In this document: positions 11,756 to 28,990 of the stretch, piece after piece
How positions within the stretch are numbered: position 1 is the first letter of the stretch
Layout: each line of letters opens with the position of its first letter
Assembly (NCBI GenBank): GCA_030141605.1
Contig: JAQGDQ010000609.1
Coordinates: 46,132 to 110,131, forward strand
Origin: Tubiluchus corallicola
Taxonomy: Eukaryota; Animalia; Priapulida
Direction: 5' to 3'
DNA: 64,000 bases
The notes under the pieces: generated by a model
What the model was told of the DNA's origin: nothing
The model's input: only the letters and a program-made list of their open reading frames with translations
Database searches by the model: none
Position numbers and translations under genes: made by a program

Positions 11756-12239
11756 TTAAAGGTGAAATCTAATGAAAAAAAATAAGTTTAAAAAAGCTAA
11801 CCGTGAATTAAAATTTAGCACTAATTTCATGGCTTCCTTTCTAATGAAAATACGCCTCGAAGTTGCACTTTCCCTCAAAACATTTTTTTCGGTTTTGCTC
11901 GTGAAATTTCGGTAAATTGCAGGCTAAACAAAGGTGCTAACAACATCCTTGGATACCGCTGTGACGCTGAGTTTGTAAACAATACTACACAGTGAAATGT
12001 GACACGTGATAACCAAACGCTGCCGTAACTAAGGACTGAATTTACCTGGCGCCATCTAACGAGTAAAACGCGCGAAATCTAGTTACAAACTTTCTTCAGA
12101 AACGACACCTTCTCACTCGATTTGCTCTTATATTAACTAACAAGAAAAAGTTAAAAGTATCAGAAATTCTTAGTTAGTGGTTTTTTCTGTTTTTGCATAA
12201 AACTGAAAATTTGTAAAGTACGTTGTATTTGACCTTTAA
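11756..12239. mobile_element. Kolobok-like non-autonomous DNA transposon
   Basis: TTAA at 11756-59 and 12236-39; imperfect TIRs AGGTGAAATCTAATG / CGTTGTATTTGACCT. Confidence 0.7.
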
Positions 12240-12409
12240 ATATTAACGAAATATTTAATCAGTGTCAACCAAGAATGTAGAGAATTTGAATTTTTTTCCT
12301 ATGTAAAAATTGTGAAGTATGCGCAATTAGTGCCATTTATTACTCTAATAGTTCAAATAGATTTTTTTAATTGTTTATATTAATAACGATTCGTAATCTA
12401 ACAACGAAG

Positions 12410-13090
12410 ACCATTGACAACCTGAACATTAAAACACAAGAAAATCCGTCATAAACGTAAAGCTTAAAAAATTCGTCTTGAAATTTTATATCACTTACAT
12501 ACTGCCTTTTTACATATAGGGCTTCAATCGGCAGTAACGCTGTATAAAACATGTAAATTTAAACTCCCGCGATGACCGTTTTGACGATAAGTCATTTGAT
12601 ATAAGTTTAGGTAACATTGTGTAAAGTTTGAAAAAATAATCAGAACATTCGTAGCACACACGTTACTAACTAAATAAAATTTAAAATTACTGTATCTGGT
12701 CAATAAGATTAAAAACACGTTTTTGGTTAGTGAGTGGTGCACCCTGGAGGGTGAGTCAGCGATATTTTACGAATTGTTAACAACATTTTAATTAATTAAA
12801 AATTTTCTTTTCTAGTTACATAATTCTTTCAAGCAGGTAAGCGAAATGCAAAGTAACATAGCATGGAAAGTTTTTTGGGACATAATTTAACATTTCCCTT
12901 TCTTCCCCTGATTTACGTGGTGCGTATATGACCTCATGTAATGGCGACTTCGGAACAGCATTGCGGGAGATTCAAAATGAAAACAAACTAAAATTCCTTT
13001 CAATACGATATATGTGTAAAATTGCTATAAAGTAATATAATTTTCAAGGCGATTTTTCTGGAACCTTCTTCAGGTACCCCTTTTCTTGTC
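12410..13090 (+). mobile_element. Interspersed non-coding repeat family R1, copy 1
   Basis: Reverse complement aligns along about 44475-45155 (for example GGCAGTAACGCTGTATAAA, GGGACATAATTTAACATTTCC, TTCAGGTACCCCTTTTCTT). More diverged same-strand copies at about 42000-42440 and 63715-63950. Confidence 0.85.
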
Positions 13091-13569
13091 CTTTAGGCGA
13101 ATGACCGGCTGTTTTAGACATTTATATGTCCAATTAAAACGACAATAGGCAAATTATCTTAATTTGGGAAAATCATTTTAATCACCACTAGATGGCTCAC
13201 CTTAATTGTGAAGGATATTCAACTCTTTCTCTCATAAAGTAACATTGGGAGTAAATTAGCTGTAATATTTTCTAGCTTCTCTGTCTTTTACCACAAACCA
13301 GTTTGTCCATGACGAATTTAAAAATTCCCTTGAAAGTCATCAATTTGTGATCGGGACGTTAAATTCGTTTTGTCTTGTCAGCACAAAAACGCGGAACTCG
13401 CGTACTATTTTCCTGGGGCGACGAAAATAGTTCCTCGTTTTAGAACGAGTTATGGTCAAGGTAAACCTTGTAAGCTTTGTGAACTCATTAAATTTTGTTA
13501 GTACGACCTGTTTAAATAGATAAAAAAGTGCACATACTGCTAATAATAATAATTTGACTCTAGTAGGCC

Positions 13570-14050
13570 TATTAGTTTAATTTAAACATAATTTATTATA
13601 GGATTGGATCAGGCAGTTTGAAGAACAACATGATTTAGAATCCTCAACACAACAGTCTATACACACTATTTACAAAAACATTTACAGTAAGAATAGACTA
13701 TAACTACACAAGCTGACAAGTTTTACTACAAAATTACATTGGACATTAGTAGAAAATGACGGTTAGAAAATATTAATGTACGAATATTTAAGACTGATGC
13801 ATTTCATATCAGATAGAAACTACTGGAAGCGTTTAGTACATAATATAAAGTCATGTATACATTGGAATATTTTACTGTTAGCAACATAGTTAAATTCATC
13901 TTTTCCGAATAATAACAACTTCAACAGATTATTGGTTCCTAAGGCAGTTATATTAAGGTTTTCGGGCAGAAGTATTTCATCTAATTTATCAAACACAACA
14001 ACCCTAGTTTGTGGATGCAATGGGCAGTGCAACAGAGTCAAATCGAAATC
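13570..14050 (-). mobile_element. LINE 3' end (CR1/L2-group-like ORF2 C-terminus plus 3'UTR)
   Basis: Peptide LLHCP...LLLFG...NSKIFQCIHDFILCTKRF is a typical LINE ORF2 end; the UTR recurs at about 24905-25270. Confidence 0.75.
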
Positions 14051-14074
14051 CACAATTGCAATTCGGCAATACTA

Positions 14075-14202
14075 GAGAAAAGGTCGTAGTTTAGCTGAGA
14101 AAATCCTACTCTAAAGTCTTTGGTACGACTAGGTCTGGAATTGAACCCGCGACCTCCCCAGTATGACACTAGCAAGCTACCAATGAGCTACACCACCCGG
14201 TC
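14075..14202 (-). mobile_element. tRNA-derived SINE head
   Basis: Minus strand reads GGTGTAGCTCATTGGTAG (A box)...GGTTCAATTCC (B box), then GTCGTACCAAAGACTTTA, a SINE-body-like segment. No convincing acceptor stem, so not called a tRNA. Confidence 0.75.
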
Positions 14203-14751
14203 AAAAACAGTGATTGGTAAAAACGAACAATTCCATAAAAAGCATTTATTTTAACATTAATTTAAATGCTAATCATTTTAGCTTTTCAAGCGTTATCGTC
14301 GTGTTTGACAAATTTAAGAAATATTAATTAGTTTATTTATTGTTTTGAAAATCAAAAGATATGAATATATGCCCCCCTCCCGCTTTGCTAGACCCGCCAC
14401 ATAAACAAATAGTTCAGTTTTTATAACACTTTGTGAAAAGCTTCGTTATCTGCGTAAGAATTTATGAAAATATGTGAAATCTATATTATTCAAGTACGTT
14501 ACGTAGGCGTAAGTTATCTAAACTCAGCAGAGCCGAACTCTACCTGGCGCAGGGGTGAATCCGTGCTTGGCCGACGACGTGCAGAACTATTACGGCGGGT
14601 TCAGATTAACGAGTTATCTGTAGCGAGTTTTCTCTCTGATAGTAAACTCCCAAGTGTGAACTGCTTTGCGAGCTACTGTCTGTAAGTTACTGTAAATCAT
14701 TCGACAGTTGCTGCGAGTTTATTTACTGTCTAGTGTGAACGCCTCGTTGAG

Positions 14752-14928
<177 letters not shown>

Positions 14929-15594
14929 TTATACGTCTAGGGACATGATTCTGTTCACCTCTTCATGCCAGGAGTCCCTTCTCTCTGCAATGCCCCAAGT
15001 GCATTTACCGCTAAGGATAAGGACTAAAGTGTTCAAATCTTTCCGTGCAAAATCTGAATATGTTAACATTTGTCCTCCTGCTGGTTTTTTAGCTGGTTCT
15101 ACGGCTTGTTGAAGAGCTATCTTCACTGGATTCTCATCAGCTAGTCTAAGCATATGTCCAATCCATCTTTAATGGTGTCTTTTTATTTAGCTTGTACAAG
15201 GTTCTTCTTTTATTTTTTCATATAGATCTTTCTTTGGCCATCTGATACCCAATTTGTTTCTATAATTTCACCCTTGAAACGCGTCAGTTTCGGTTTTATT
15301 ATTTGCTTTTAACGTCCAAAACTCAGAGTTGTACAGAAATACAATTTCAACTAAGGTTGAGAATATTCTAATTTTTGTTTCCGAAGAAATATTCCTACTC
15401 TCAAGAAGTTTCGTGAGTTTTGAATATGCTGATAATGGCGTTATCTTCCATTTTAATGCGTTCTCTTCCGTTGCAAACAAACTACTTAATTGCATTTCTT
15501 TCGTGATTCACGACAAAGATGTGTGAAATGAAATTCGACATTTTTATTTTTGTTTACTATGACGTCCATTCATTTCAATTTTATTTCTACTGAG

Positions 15595-15597
<3 letters not shown>
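14929..15597 (-). mobile_element. RTE-like LINE 3' fragment (degraded)
   Basis: KIRIFSTLVEIVFLYNSEFWTL and WIGHMLRL..NPVKIAL...RRDSW motifs; homologous to 55938-56642. Confidence 0.88.
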
Positions 15598-15822
<225 letters not shown>

Positions 15823-16390
15823 TATTCATTTCAAAGGTTCCTCTTTCCACTGTATAAGCACTGTAAGTATTTGTATGTATATATGTTTCTGCCTTAAACC
15901 TGTAGTTTTAATTTTAGTATTATATACTTATAGTACGTACTATTGCACATGAGTGTAGCAAAAATAGATTTATCAATTAAGATGTAATTTGTAAACAAGA
16001 GTATTCGTAAAAGTTGCTTCACAAAGAAATCACGAAACTTTTCACAGCAATAACTTTAACTATGACATGTGTAAGTAGCAGAACCACAGTAACCGTGAAA
16101 GCCATGATACATAACACTTATTAAAGAAAAGGTATTATTTACTGAGTAGATATGATTAATATCATTGTTAGCGGATGTACAACCGGTTTTTGTTGGCAGA
16201 AGTGGGAAAATTACAGTGATTTTCGTTTTCAAAGTCAGAAGTTCCTAATTCTCTTCAGCAGAGCTAAGCGAGTTGGAAATTATCTTGCTCAAATTGTGGA
16301 GAAAGTTCCAGGAAGAAAAGAAAATTGTGACAAAATAAACAAAACATATATGTAATTGCAAGAGTTGTGAATAATGTACGTGTGGGAAAC

Positions 16391-16616
<226 letters not shown>

Positions 16617-16848
16617 ACAGAGAGAAATTATTACCTCTCATTATCTTACAGCCATTTGTAAAGAAGTCTTATGGAACAAAGTTAGAAAAAGTAAAATGAT
16701 GACGCTATATTAAAGCGTATAAACAAAGTGCACCTAAGTGCATTGTTGACTTCCAAATGACAAAGCAGTTAAAACATAACAGTGTGTATTGTGATACGAA
16801 AGAGAAACAAAGTAAACAATAAACTTAGCTAGGTGTATTTGAAGACCA

Positions 16849-16884
<36 letters not shown>

Positions 16885-18097
16885 GTTTCACATTGTACAA
16901 TGTATACTATCATAACTTTATGCCAAATAAAGATATATATATGTTTGTAAAATGTATAGATACATTGTACAATTTGTGAAATATCATTCAGTGATTGCCT
17001 GGGCTACACTACTAACAAGCAAATGCGTCAGGTGGAAAAAATGAAAAAGAGTTCAGTAGTGGTGAAAAAAAAGACGAAGAATGAAGTAAAGATAATATCA
17101 GCTAAAGCAAAATACTCCTATTTAAAAAAATTAGAGCACATATTTACAAATACAATCTCATACAAAATAACACGCATCATAGAGGTAATATAAACACGTA
17201 TCTTCACATAAACAAAAAACCATCTCACGGTACAATTAAACATTCGAAGATTACAATAATTTGTGTTTATATATATTCCTGTACAACGTGTTCCTGTATG
17301 CTTTGTTTATTTAAGTTTGTGATTTGTTAATCGTATTTGTGTGCATGTTTTGTAAAACAAAGCGTTTATTATTATTAAAAAAATATATAGCTTCAAATAT
17401 AAAACATTACAAATACTTACACGAATGAACTATTAAAATTTCAAGTAAAATCCATTTTTCATGAAGATAAGTTAATAAAACCGGTCTTTTCGGGTGACTG
17501 AATTCTTTTCTTTAACAATTCTATGCACTGTATCGTATCAGTGTTGCATTACAAAACGGTTTTGGTAATTGTCATGCATTGTTACGCAGAGAATGCTAAT
17601 CTCACTCTTGATGGTGATATATGACCTGTCTAAGCAGTCAACAGCCACGCCATAACAACAAGTTGACTTGTTCTTCATTACCTTAATTAAGGGTCGCGAA
17701 TTATTATTTACCCCCGTAAAGAGGCGTATCCAAGCATTCTCATAACTTTGCAGGAGGAACGATTCACGAAGACCTTGGTGGCCACGTGCGCGTGAAACGT
17801 GGCGCCGCCCAGTGGAAAATGTTGTGTTCCTCTAACCTACATAAAAATAAACGCTTTTATGACAGCCACGCCTGTACGCCCGTGAGCCACTTCAACTGAC
17901 TTTAGTGTGAATGTCTCAATAAACTTAGTTAATCTCACTCATCCGTTTCTCGAAAGTTGTTATTATTCATGCTTTTCTATTATGATTTCTGTATAGCCCG
18001 CCACACAGCCCTTGCTTATACCAAAACTTCAACTCTAGTAGCAGTTACTGTACGCTATACCACCAGACAGATGCTAATTTTCCTGACAGTCAATGAC

Positions 18098-18713
18098 TTA
18101 AAGGAAGACAGGATGATTTTTCACATATTACCCCATTTTCAAGTCCGATAAAAATTATACATTTTAACACAATTAATGCTGCAAAAGCGTTTCTGATAAT
18201 TAAATAATAGATTAAAAACTTAATTAACGGCAGGCGAGCCCAACTATTGATGACATCACAAACTAACATAATTTTCAACAGCAAAAATATTCCACGAGCG
18301 TGTTGCACGTGTTTGTGAAAGCAAAAATTGAAGTGCAGTGCTACTGTAAGATATTCAGTGTGTTGTACTAACACTAGGCAAGTTTTGAGATAAAAATTCA
18401 AATTTCAAATTTACCGCTGTGCTCACGCATAAGCTGCCGAACGCGTGTAGTTCGTCAGAAACTAACACATCTGAAATGAGAGATACAACACCTGTTTTTT
18501 GTGCAATATGTTTCAGAAATGCAACCGCTAGTGCCCGTCTCACTAGCAAATGGCGAAATGCATGTAACAGTGAAGAACTAGTGGCGCGAACGTGAAATTG
18601 TGTTTGTGTGGTAACAATTCTTTCACGTGTCATTTTAAGAAATAGTGTGTTCCATTTCAATATTTTAAAAAGTAGATTATTTTGACCTACAGTTTTGTCC
18701 GGTTTTGCTTTAA
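18098..18713 (+). mobile_element. Kolobok-like non-autonomous element, family K2 copy 1
   Basis: TTAA at 18098-101 and 18710-13; imperfect TIRs AGGAAGACAGGA / TCCGGTTTTGCT; second copy at 30741-31284. Confidence 0.82.
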
Positions 18714-19614
18714 TACAGTGAATAAGCAAGATACAGAGTGTTCCAAAACAAACAGTACGTTAACATATACTACAAGCATATCAATGTTGCATGAAGTACA
18801 GTTCATAGTTACAATTTTATTTAATTTCTTGAGGTAGGCTTTTTCGTGTATTTAAAGGAAAACTGGATGATTGTGTAAACACGAGTTCAGAATAAAGAAT
18901 GCTCCAAAATATTGAAAACTACAATAGCTTGTATTAAATCAAAGCTTAGATTAAATAATAATTACCTTGGATACTCAAATTTTGTTAAACTTTCAAAGCT
19001 ACTCAGTGAATCTACTAAGATTGGCAGTGGCGCCTTTTTGGCACGTGCGCGTGGCCGACAAATAAAAGGCGGTACTGTGATAACCATGATCATAAACTGC
19101 AGTGCTAGTTTCTGACGTCATTTGACGTAGAGTCAATTTTCGTGACATCACGCGTTCAAACAGTACTGTAACACGCAAACGTGCTTGATGCGCAAGGGAA
19201 GATGCCTGCCATTTCACAAACTGTGGTTAGTTTCTGACGTAAGCAATAACTGTGTTCGGTTGCCGTTAATTAACTTTCTAAACTAATTACTCAAATAGTA
19301 GTAACAATTGCTAACTTTGGAGGCAAGAAAATGTATATTTTGGATAGTAAATTAAAAGAGATTGAGTCTAAACGTATTCTGATAGTGATTTTCTATTAGC
19401 GAACTTACCACAATCACCTGTGCGTTACCGGCTTGATGAATTTTAGCTTAAAAGTTATACTTTTGTATTAGCTTTTGTTTAAGAACATAAAATTACTGCA
19501 AAAGAATAGAAAAACAGAACCAAGCTGACATGGTAATGTATGAGAAACAATACTGTTTCTATTGTTCATCTTTTTACAGTGTTATTGCGTAGCAAAACCG
19601 TAAGTACAAATGCT

Positions 19615-20585
<971 letters not shown>

Positions 20586-20921
20586 CATTTCCAATTCTCC
20601 TACTCCCTCCTCTCACCCTAAAGGTTTAATCCTTGACATAGTTTTCTTCCTACGTCATGCTAATAGTTTCAGACATTTTTCATACCTAACGATAAAATTA
20701 CTTGCTGTTGACATAAATATGATTTATAGACGCGCTAATCACCAAATAATAATTATAGATCGTAATAAATGAATCGTTAACACCGGGTACAACCAGTAAA
20801 AAAACGCTCATAATATCAACGTACATAAAGTTTCTATTATTTTATAAAAAAATCAATTCACATTAGTGTATAACAAGATAGCAATTAATTAAATAACTCG
20901 TTAATGCAATGTAATGCAATG

Positions 20922-20986
20922 ATTTATTTATTTATTTATTGATTGATTGATTGAATGATTGGTTGGCTGGCTGGTTGGTTGGTTGG

Positions 20987-21059
<73 letters not shown>

Positions 21060-21260
21060 CGATCGATCGACCGACCGACCGACCAACCGACCGATCGATC
21101 GATTGATTGATTCTTGTTGTTGTTGCTGTTGTTTTTGTTTTTGTTTGTTTTACTAACAGTGACTTGTCATTATCATCGTGATGCTGACGATGATGATGAT
21201 GATGATGATGATGATGATAGTGTCTATACCGACACTGATGACAGCAATGACGACGATGCC
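20922..21260. repeat. (TTTA)/(GATT)/(GGTT)/(GACC) tetranucleotide run and (GAT)n
   Basis: Directly visible. Confidence 0.9.
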
Positions 21261-22000
21261 TACAGTTTTACCTATTTAAAATAAATTCATATGATGTATA
21301 GGACCTTATCAGTTGCTATGTTTACAAACTTTATATTAATTTACTGTCACCGTTCCCTATTTGCATGGCGATTTACCTAGCTTTAATACAAGGTCAGATG
21401 CAATACTGTACATGACGTTACGATGAGCTTGAGTAACTGACCATCGATTCAGAGTCGATCATTTTGAGGTCAATACTTTACGGTGAGGAATCTATGGTGA
21501 GTTGTGGACAAAAAGATGGCCAAGCTGAATAAAGGCGGGTAATTTCGTAATTACACTTCCATTGTAGTCTGTATAATATATTGGGGTTATAGACCTACAG
21601 TTATATTGGGTTCATAACCGTGAATTTTGCATAGGAATTCAAGCACAGTAATAATGATGTCAACACAGATTACAGCTACAGTAGGAATTATACGGGTTAG
21701 GAAAAGAATGGAGCTTGAACTCGCATAGACATACATAGACATTAACTTTCTCCAAATGTGTCACAAATTTCCATTTTACGAAAAAAACTTTATCCATGTA
21801 GATGGGGCGAGGAAAGACCGTAAATCATCTAGCGACTGACCCCTTATTATTTAATATTGTAATAGAAGAAAAAAGTACTGTACTCAGTACAGCACAAATG
21901 TAGAACATTTTATAGCAGACTACATAAAAGGAACCACCTGTAAAAACTTCAAAGCAGACAGCTTAGAAGTATTTAATTTGCAGAGAGCTTGAAGTATGTT

Positions 22001-22163
22001 AGACTGAAGTTAGTGTAGACTGTTGTAGACTGATTCACTCTGCTGGTTGAAACAAAGAATATGAAATTGTGTTGAACTGTGGAGACTGAAGTTAGTGTAG
22101 ACTGTTGTAGACTGGTTCACTCTGCTGGTTGGAACAAAGAATATGAAATTGTGTTGAACTGTG
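22001..22163. repeat. 82-bp tandem duplication
   Basis: AGACTGAAGTTAGTGTAGACTGTTGTAGACTG at 22001 and 22083. Confidence 0.92.
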
Positions 22164-23145
22164 AAAGACTTTACTTCTATTTACATATTACACTATTATT
22201 TACAGGAAAGAAGACACATGGTGACCATACGACAGCAATGCTCAAGAAGGGAAAAAACCCTAGGCTGGCCTTGACAGGCACCCACCGAGCTTACCTGATT
22301 GGCTAGTAAACCACATTAGCAATCAACACTACCCTATATGGGAAGCCCAGCAGGTACAGGCGACTGAATAGCACTGAACAAAGCCACAACCTGGATTTAA
22401 CTTGTTTCAGTCCAATAAAAATAATTTTAAATGTAGGTGGCAGCACATATTAAATTATTATTGCTGTCAATTAATAATGGAACGATTAATTTATATAGTC
22501 AAGATGCATGTTTAATCAGCAATAAACGAGTTTAGCGCACAGGCTAAATATTTAAATATTCATCATTTGCTTCTTTACCTACTTACACCAGATAATTATA
22601 AATATTGTTTACATATATATATACGTATTTCTACTAACAGTTGTTAAACTTACTAAGCTGGGAGTGCCCGCGCATAAGTTGTTAAAACTTTTTGGAACAA
22701 ACCGCGTAATAAAATTATGTTTAAATTAAATAAATAGTTATTATAAAATTATATTTAAGATAAATAAAGTTAGATTTTTTATAAACGTAAGGAAGTTGCA
22801 AAGTTGCACGATTGGGGTTGGTTTAGGACAGTTGTATAGCACAACCAATAACAAGAATGAAATATGAGCTGTGAAATAAAATGAAGTGAACAAAGGATTT
22901 TTAACTTTATCATCCTGTATAATGATGTTCGTATTTTCAACTTTACTTGAGTAGATGAATAGACGAGAAAGTGTTGCATATGTAATGCTCTATGTCTCTG
23001 TCTCTCTGTTTGATTTTATTTTGATTTAATATTTTATTTCAAACTTTACAAAGTTCATATACACATCACAAATTAATACAAATAATACAATAAATCATGA
23101 CACACATTTCTTTATTTAATATCTTATTTCTAACTTTACAAAGTT

Positions 23146-23330
23146 TCTGTCTCTCTCTCTCTCTCTCTCTCTCTCCCTCTTTCTTTCTCTTCTCTCTCCC
23201 TCTTTCTCTCTCTCCCTTTCTTTCTTTCTTTCTCTCTCTCTCTATCTTTCTTCTCTCTCTCTCTCTCTCTCTCTCGATCTGTCTCTCGGGTCTCTCTCTT
23301 CTCCCTGCTCTCTCTCTCTCTCTCTATCTA

Positions 23331-23398
<68 letters not shown>

Positions 23399-23470
23399 CC
23401 TACCTACCTACCTACCTACCTACCTACCTACCTACCTACCTATCTATCTCTATGCTCTCCCTCTCTCTAC
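23146..23470. repeat. (CT)n/(TCTG)n/(CCTA)n microsatellite
   Basis: Directly visible. Confidence 0.95.
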
Positions 23471-24251
23471 AGGAATGCAGGCATGTAGAGTGAGATAATT
23501 TGCTATCCATATTTGCATTAACACCCAATTTCAATATACTTCTATTTTTTCAGCAAGTGAACTGTGTTTGTGTTATTTTTACATTAAAACAGTTGGGAAA
23601 TGGATTTAACTCGCATCAAATGGAATGCAAATATTTCATCTTATTAACTGTTTAATTGTTATTTCAGCCATGAAAGATCAAGAGTACAGATAGAGCAGAG
23701 TTATAGGTGTGAGTAATCAGGGTAGTGGCTGAGATAACTCAGGATTTACGAGACTTAGATATTACGAAAAGATTACGCATAGTTGTGGCCAGATTTAAAA
23801 CAGGTCGAGTCACATTCCGTTTCGCTTATACGCGGCTGAACGCCCCGCGGCGAAACGCAACGCGACCTCTTTGACACTAATACACGATGCGTCAAAATTC
23901 GTCTGCACGTATAAATGCTGACGCTTTAAAATTTTAAAGTCAAAATGGAGATAAAGCTACGTGCTCATGTCAGAGGCCAGGGACTTAATGCGAAATCAGC
24001 AGATCTTTTTATACTGTTCAAACAATTCATTTTTCTTTAACCAGTACATGTAAGCATTATAGAAATTACTATTATTACAGTGCAATAAAAATGGAAATGC
24101 GCAGATGTATGGATAAAAAACGATGTTTTTAACATTCCAATGAACCCTATAATTATGTCTATCAGTAATAATATTACAGATGTACAAGGTTCATTGTAAC
24201 GAGTCCAGGAGTTACAAATCGGTACATTTCGGTACAATGTCACGGAAACAA

Positions 24252-24576
24252 AAGAAACTTTTGAAAAACTAAATTTTGAAACATTATGTTGTGTCACACG
24301 AAAAAACACTTGAAAAACTAAATTTGAAACACAATGTTGTGTCACAGGAAGAAACATTTGAAAAACTAAATTTTGAAACATAATGTTGTGTCACACGAAG
24401 AAACTTTTGAAATACTAAATTTTGAAACACAATGTTGTGTCACACGAAGAAACTTTTGAAAAACTAAATTTTGAAACATTATATTGTGTCACACGAAGAA
24501 ACTTTTGAAATACTAAATTTTGAAACATTATGTTGTGTCACACAAAGAAACATTTGAAAAACTAAATTTTGAAACA
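24252..24576. repeat. 49-bp minisatellite, about 6.5 copies
   Basis: GTCAC anchor at 24293, 24341, 24390, 24439, 24488 and 24537. Confidence 0.93.
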
Positions 24577-24904
24577 TCGGTTATTTTCATCAATTATGTT
24601 CGATTGCGAAAGTGCAAAAAATTCGTAGGTCTTATCTTACCTAGTTGGAAGCATGATTCTTGTGCATCTGTGTTATTACATTTTTTTATTTTCACCTCAG
24701 AGGGGCGCAGTGTAATTCGGACAGGAATATACGTTCACACTGTAAGTGGACTCTGTCCGGAGCGGGCCGGACAAAGGTCCCCCGCTGGACAAAACGCACG
24801 ATTACAAAACAAGTCAAGTGGGTAATACATCTAAAGTTTTTTCAATTTCCAGGTTTTTTTACTGACAGCTTAGCACACTGATATGGTATCGTTTACGACG
24901 AGTT

Positions 24905-25270
24905 AGTTTAAACATAATTTATTACAGGATTGGATCAGACTGTTTGAACAACATGATTAGGATCCTCACCACAACAGACTTTATACACTTTATAGACAAA
25001 AACATTTACAGCAAGAATAGACTATAACTACATAAGCTGACAAGTTTTACTACAAGAATACATCAGATATTAGTAACGTTAACAGTAAGAATAGACTATA
25101 ACTACACAAGCTGACAAGTTTTGCTACAAGATTACATTAGACATTAGTAGAAAATGACGGTTAGAAAATATTAATGTACGAATATTTAAGACTGATGCAT
25201 TTCATATCAGATAGAAACTACTGGAAGCGTTTAGTACGTAATATAATGTCATGTATGCATTGGAATATTT
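24905..25270 (-). mobile_element. Shorter copy of the LINE 3' end at 13570-14050, with an internal duplication
   Basis: Shared GTTTAAACATAATTTATTA...GATAGAAACTACTGGAAGCGTTTAGTAC; the segment CAG.AAGAATAGACTATAACTAC...ATTAGTA occurs twice. Confidence 0.82.
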
Positions 25271-27487
25271 TACATGAGTTTATATTATATATATATATAT
25301 ATATATATTAATTCTTTATTTGTCATAAAAACGGTTCCCTCATTATAATAAAATTGAGTTAGCCTCAGCGTAATGTTAAAATAACAACACTCTTCAAGAC
25401 AAATGCGTCCAGTGCATACTAAAAAAACTAAAGTGCAAACTATATACAATATAATGAACATATTTACAAATACCATATTAAAATATTTTCACAGACAATT
25501 ATAGGAAAGTACATTAAATTTTACATTACATAGTGCACACTATTTATACATTTAACATTACGAAACACGAAACTAACATAACACGTATTACATTACATAA
25601 TTTTTTTAAAAAAATTTCATTTTTAATCATTATATGGAGTCAGGGGCTGGGGTATATGAAAGTGGAGTCCGTGTAATTAGTATCAGATGCACAATGTGGA
25701 AGTTGAAACCTGTTATATTGATATTCTTTTAATTTCTTTTTAAAGTGGTGGAGAGATTCTATTTGTTTTATTTCACTGGGTAGGACGTTTCATATTAGGA
25801 CGAGTTGAAACACAGGCCTAGGTGCTTTACCCACTTTTCAAACGTACGCTGCTGCTAGGTAGTTCATTTTTCAGCAAACTTACAAAAACTAAAGAATATG
25901 TATACCGCACATCAGTAATTTTTGAAACAAACGTTTGTTACGTAGTGCTCAATCAGAGCTTATTGATGAGGACCAATGATTTCCCAGGATTTAGTTTTAT
26001 ATAAGTTCCTCCAGGTGGCTCAACATAATGTTCCGACGACATTTTTTAAGAACTTCTTGACGACTTCACATGGACACGAAAAGATGCTTTTAAAGAAATG
26101 TTCTGATATGAAGGCACATCATGTTCTCAAACCTTGCTTCAAAATAAATCATGAGCGTACATCATGTCCAAAAGAAATGCTTTTAAAAATACTATCTCTA
26201 AGGCATTATTTTAATGAAATTGTTAATGTAGTGTCCGCAAGTAGGGTTTAAAAGGGAGGAGGCCTGTTGAAGGTGCATCATGTTTAAAACATTGCTTAAA
26301 CAAAATTTTCAACAAGGGTAAAGCATTTTCCAAAAACTCGCTTTAATTATCATCCGAGTTTATATTTTATTAATGTATTACTTAAAATTAATTAGTTTTT
26401 ATTATTATCAATTCAGTACAATATAATGACATTAAATACATAGTGACATCAAAATTGTCACGTCATACTGTATTAAATTATTATGTTTCATAAACTATCG
26501 TTATCATAAAAGAATAATTGTACTTCAGTGGGCTGGAGAAGCAAAGGCTTGTATAAGCCCACTGTCATGTGAACTAGATACAAAAAGAATGGATGAGTAA
26601 AGAGAAAAAAGAACTGAGAGAAAGGTTAGATCACACAGGAAGGGTAGAAGGATGTGTTAGTGGAAATTGCAGGAAGAAGGATAATAGATTGTGCTATGTT
26701 GACATCAGCTCTAAAGATTTATCAATGATGCCTTGTTTTGCATAATCTGTACCAGGATTGTAGCATGACTGCTGCAGTAGGTGTAGGATATTAAGAAGTG
26801 TTGTACTTGTTGAGAATCATTGCTCTGTATTTCTTTTTAAATTTTTGAATAGGCTGAACAGTTTTTAATTCATCATTTATGTCATTCCAAAGCCTTGGAC
26901 CAACATTTGCAATGAAGGAATTCATCACGAGCACGTATCAACGTGATGAAGTCTTGCCTTCAAACTGGAAAACCAGAAACGTGACGAAGCTCATCGTATG
27001 AATACTGGGCCCCAAAAACATGGCTGTAATAAATTTATTACCAGGGTACACCATGTCCTGACAACATGGCTGTAAAGAAATTTATGACCAGACACCATCC
27101 AGACAACATCGTTGAAAATTCAATGGATCAAGTGTTTTAAGCGCAACTTAATAATGCTCTTTGTAATTTTTGCAATATTTGTACATGGGAGCTATAAAAT
27201 ACATTATATTTCATAAATATGTAAGCGTAAGAAAATTTAAAACTTTTGTTTGGTGTTTATTAGCAGCAGCATGTTTCAAATCAGCTACCCGATTTGTACT
27301 GACTTAGAGATTTAGAATCGAGTGGAACTCGCTAAAAAAGTTCATTGATTTCAGGCAGAAATCGATAATACTTAAATACGAAAATAAAAATAAAATAGCA
27401 CTGTTAACGGTAATATATGAGGCCATTATATCTGTAGAATAATTAAAAAAGGACGAGCGACAAAAATATGTGTCGTGAAAGAAAGTG

Positions 27488-28990
<1,503 letters not shown>

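Noticed and set aside
14130-14202. tRNA gene
   Set aside because: A and B boxes are present but no convincing acceptor stem, and SINE-like sequence follows.
26800-26930. Possible L2/Crack-like LINE fragment (minus strand FIANVGPRLWND)
   Set aside because: Only one short motif; boundaries could not be supported.
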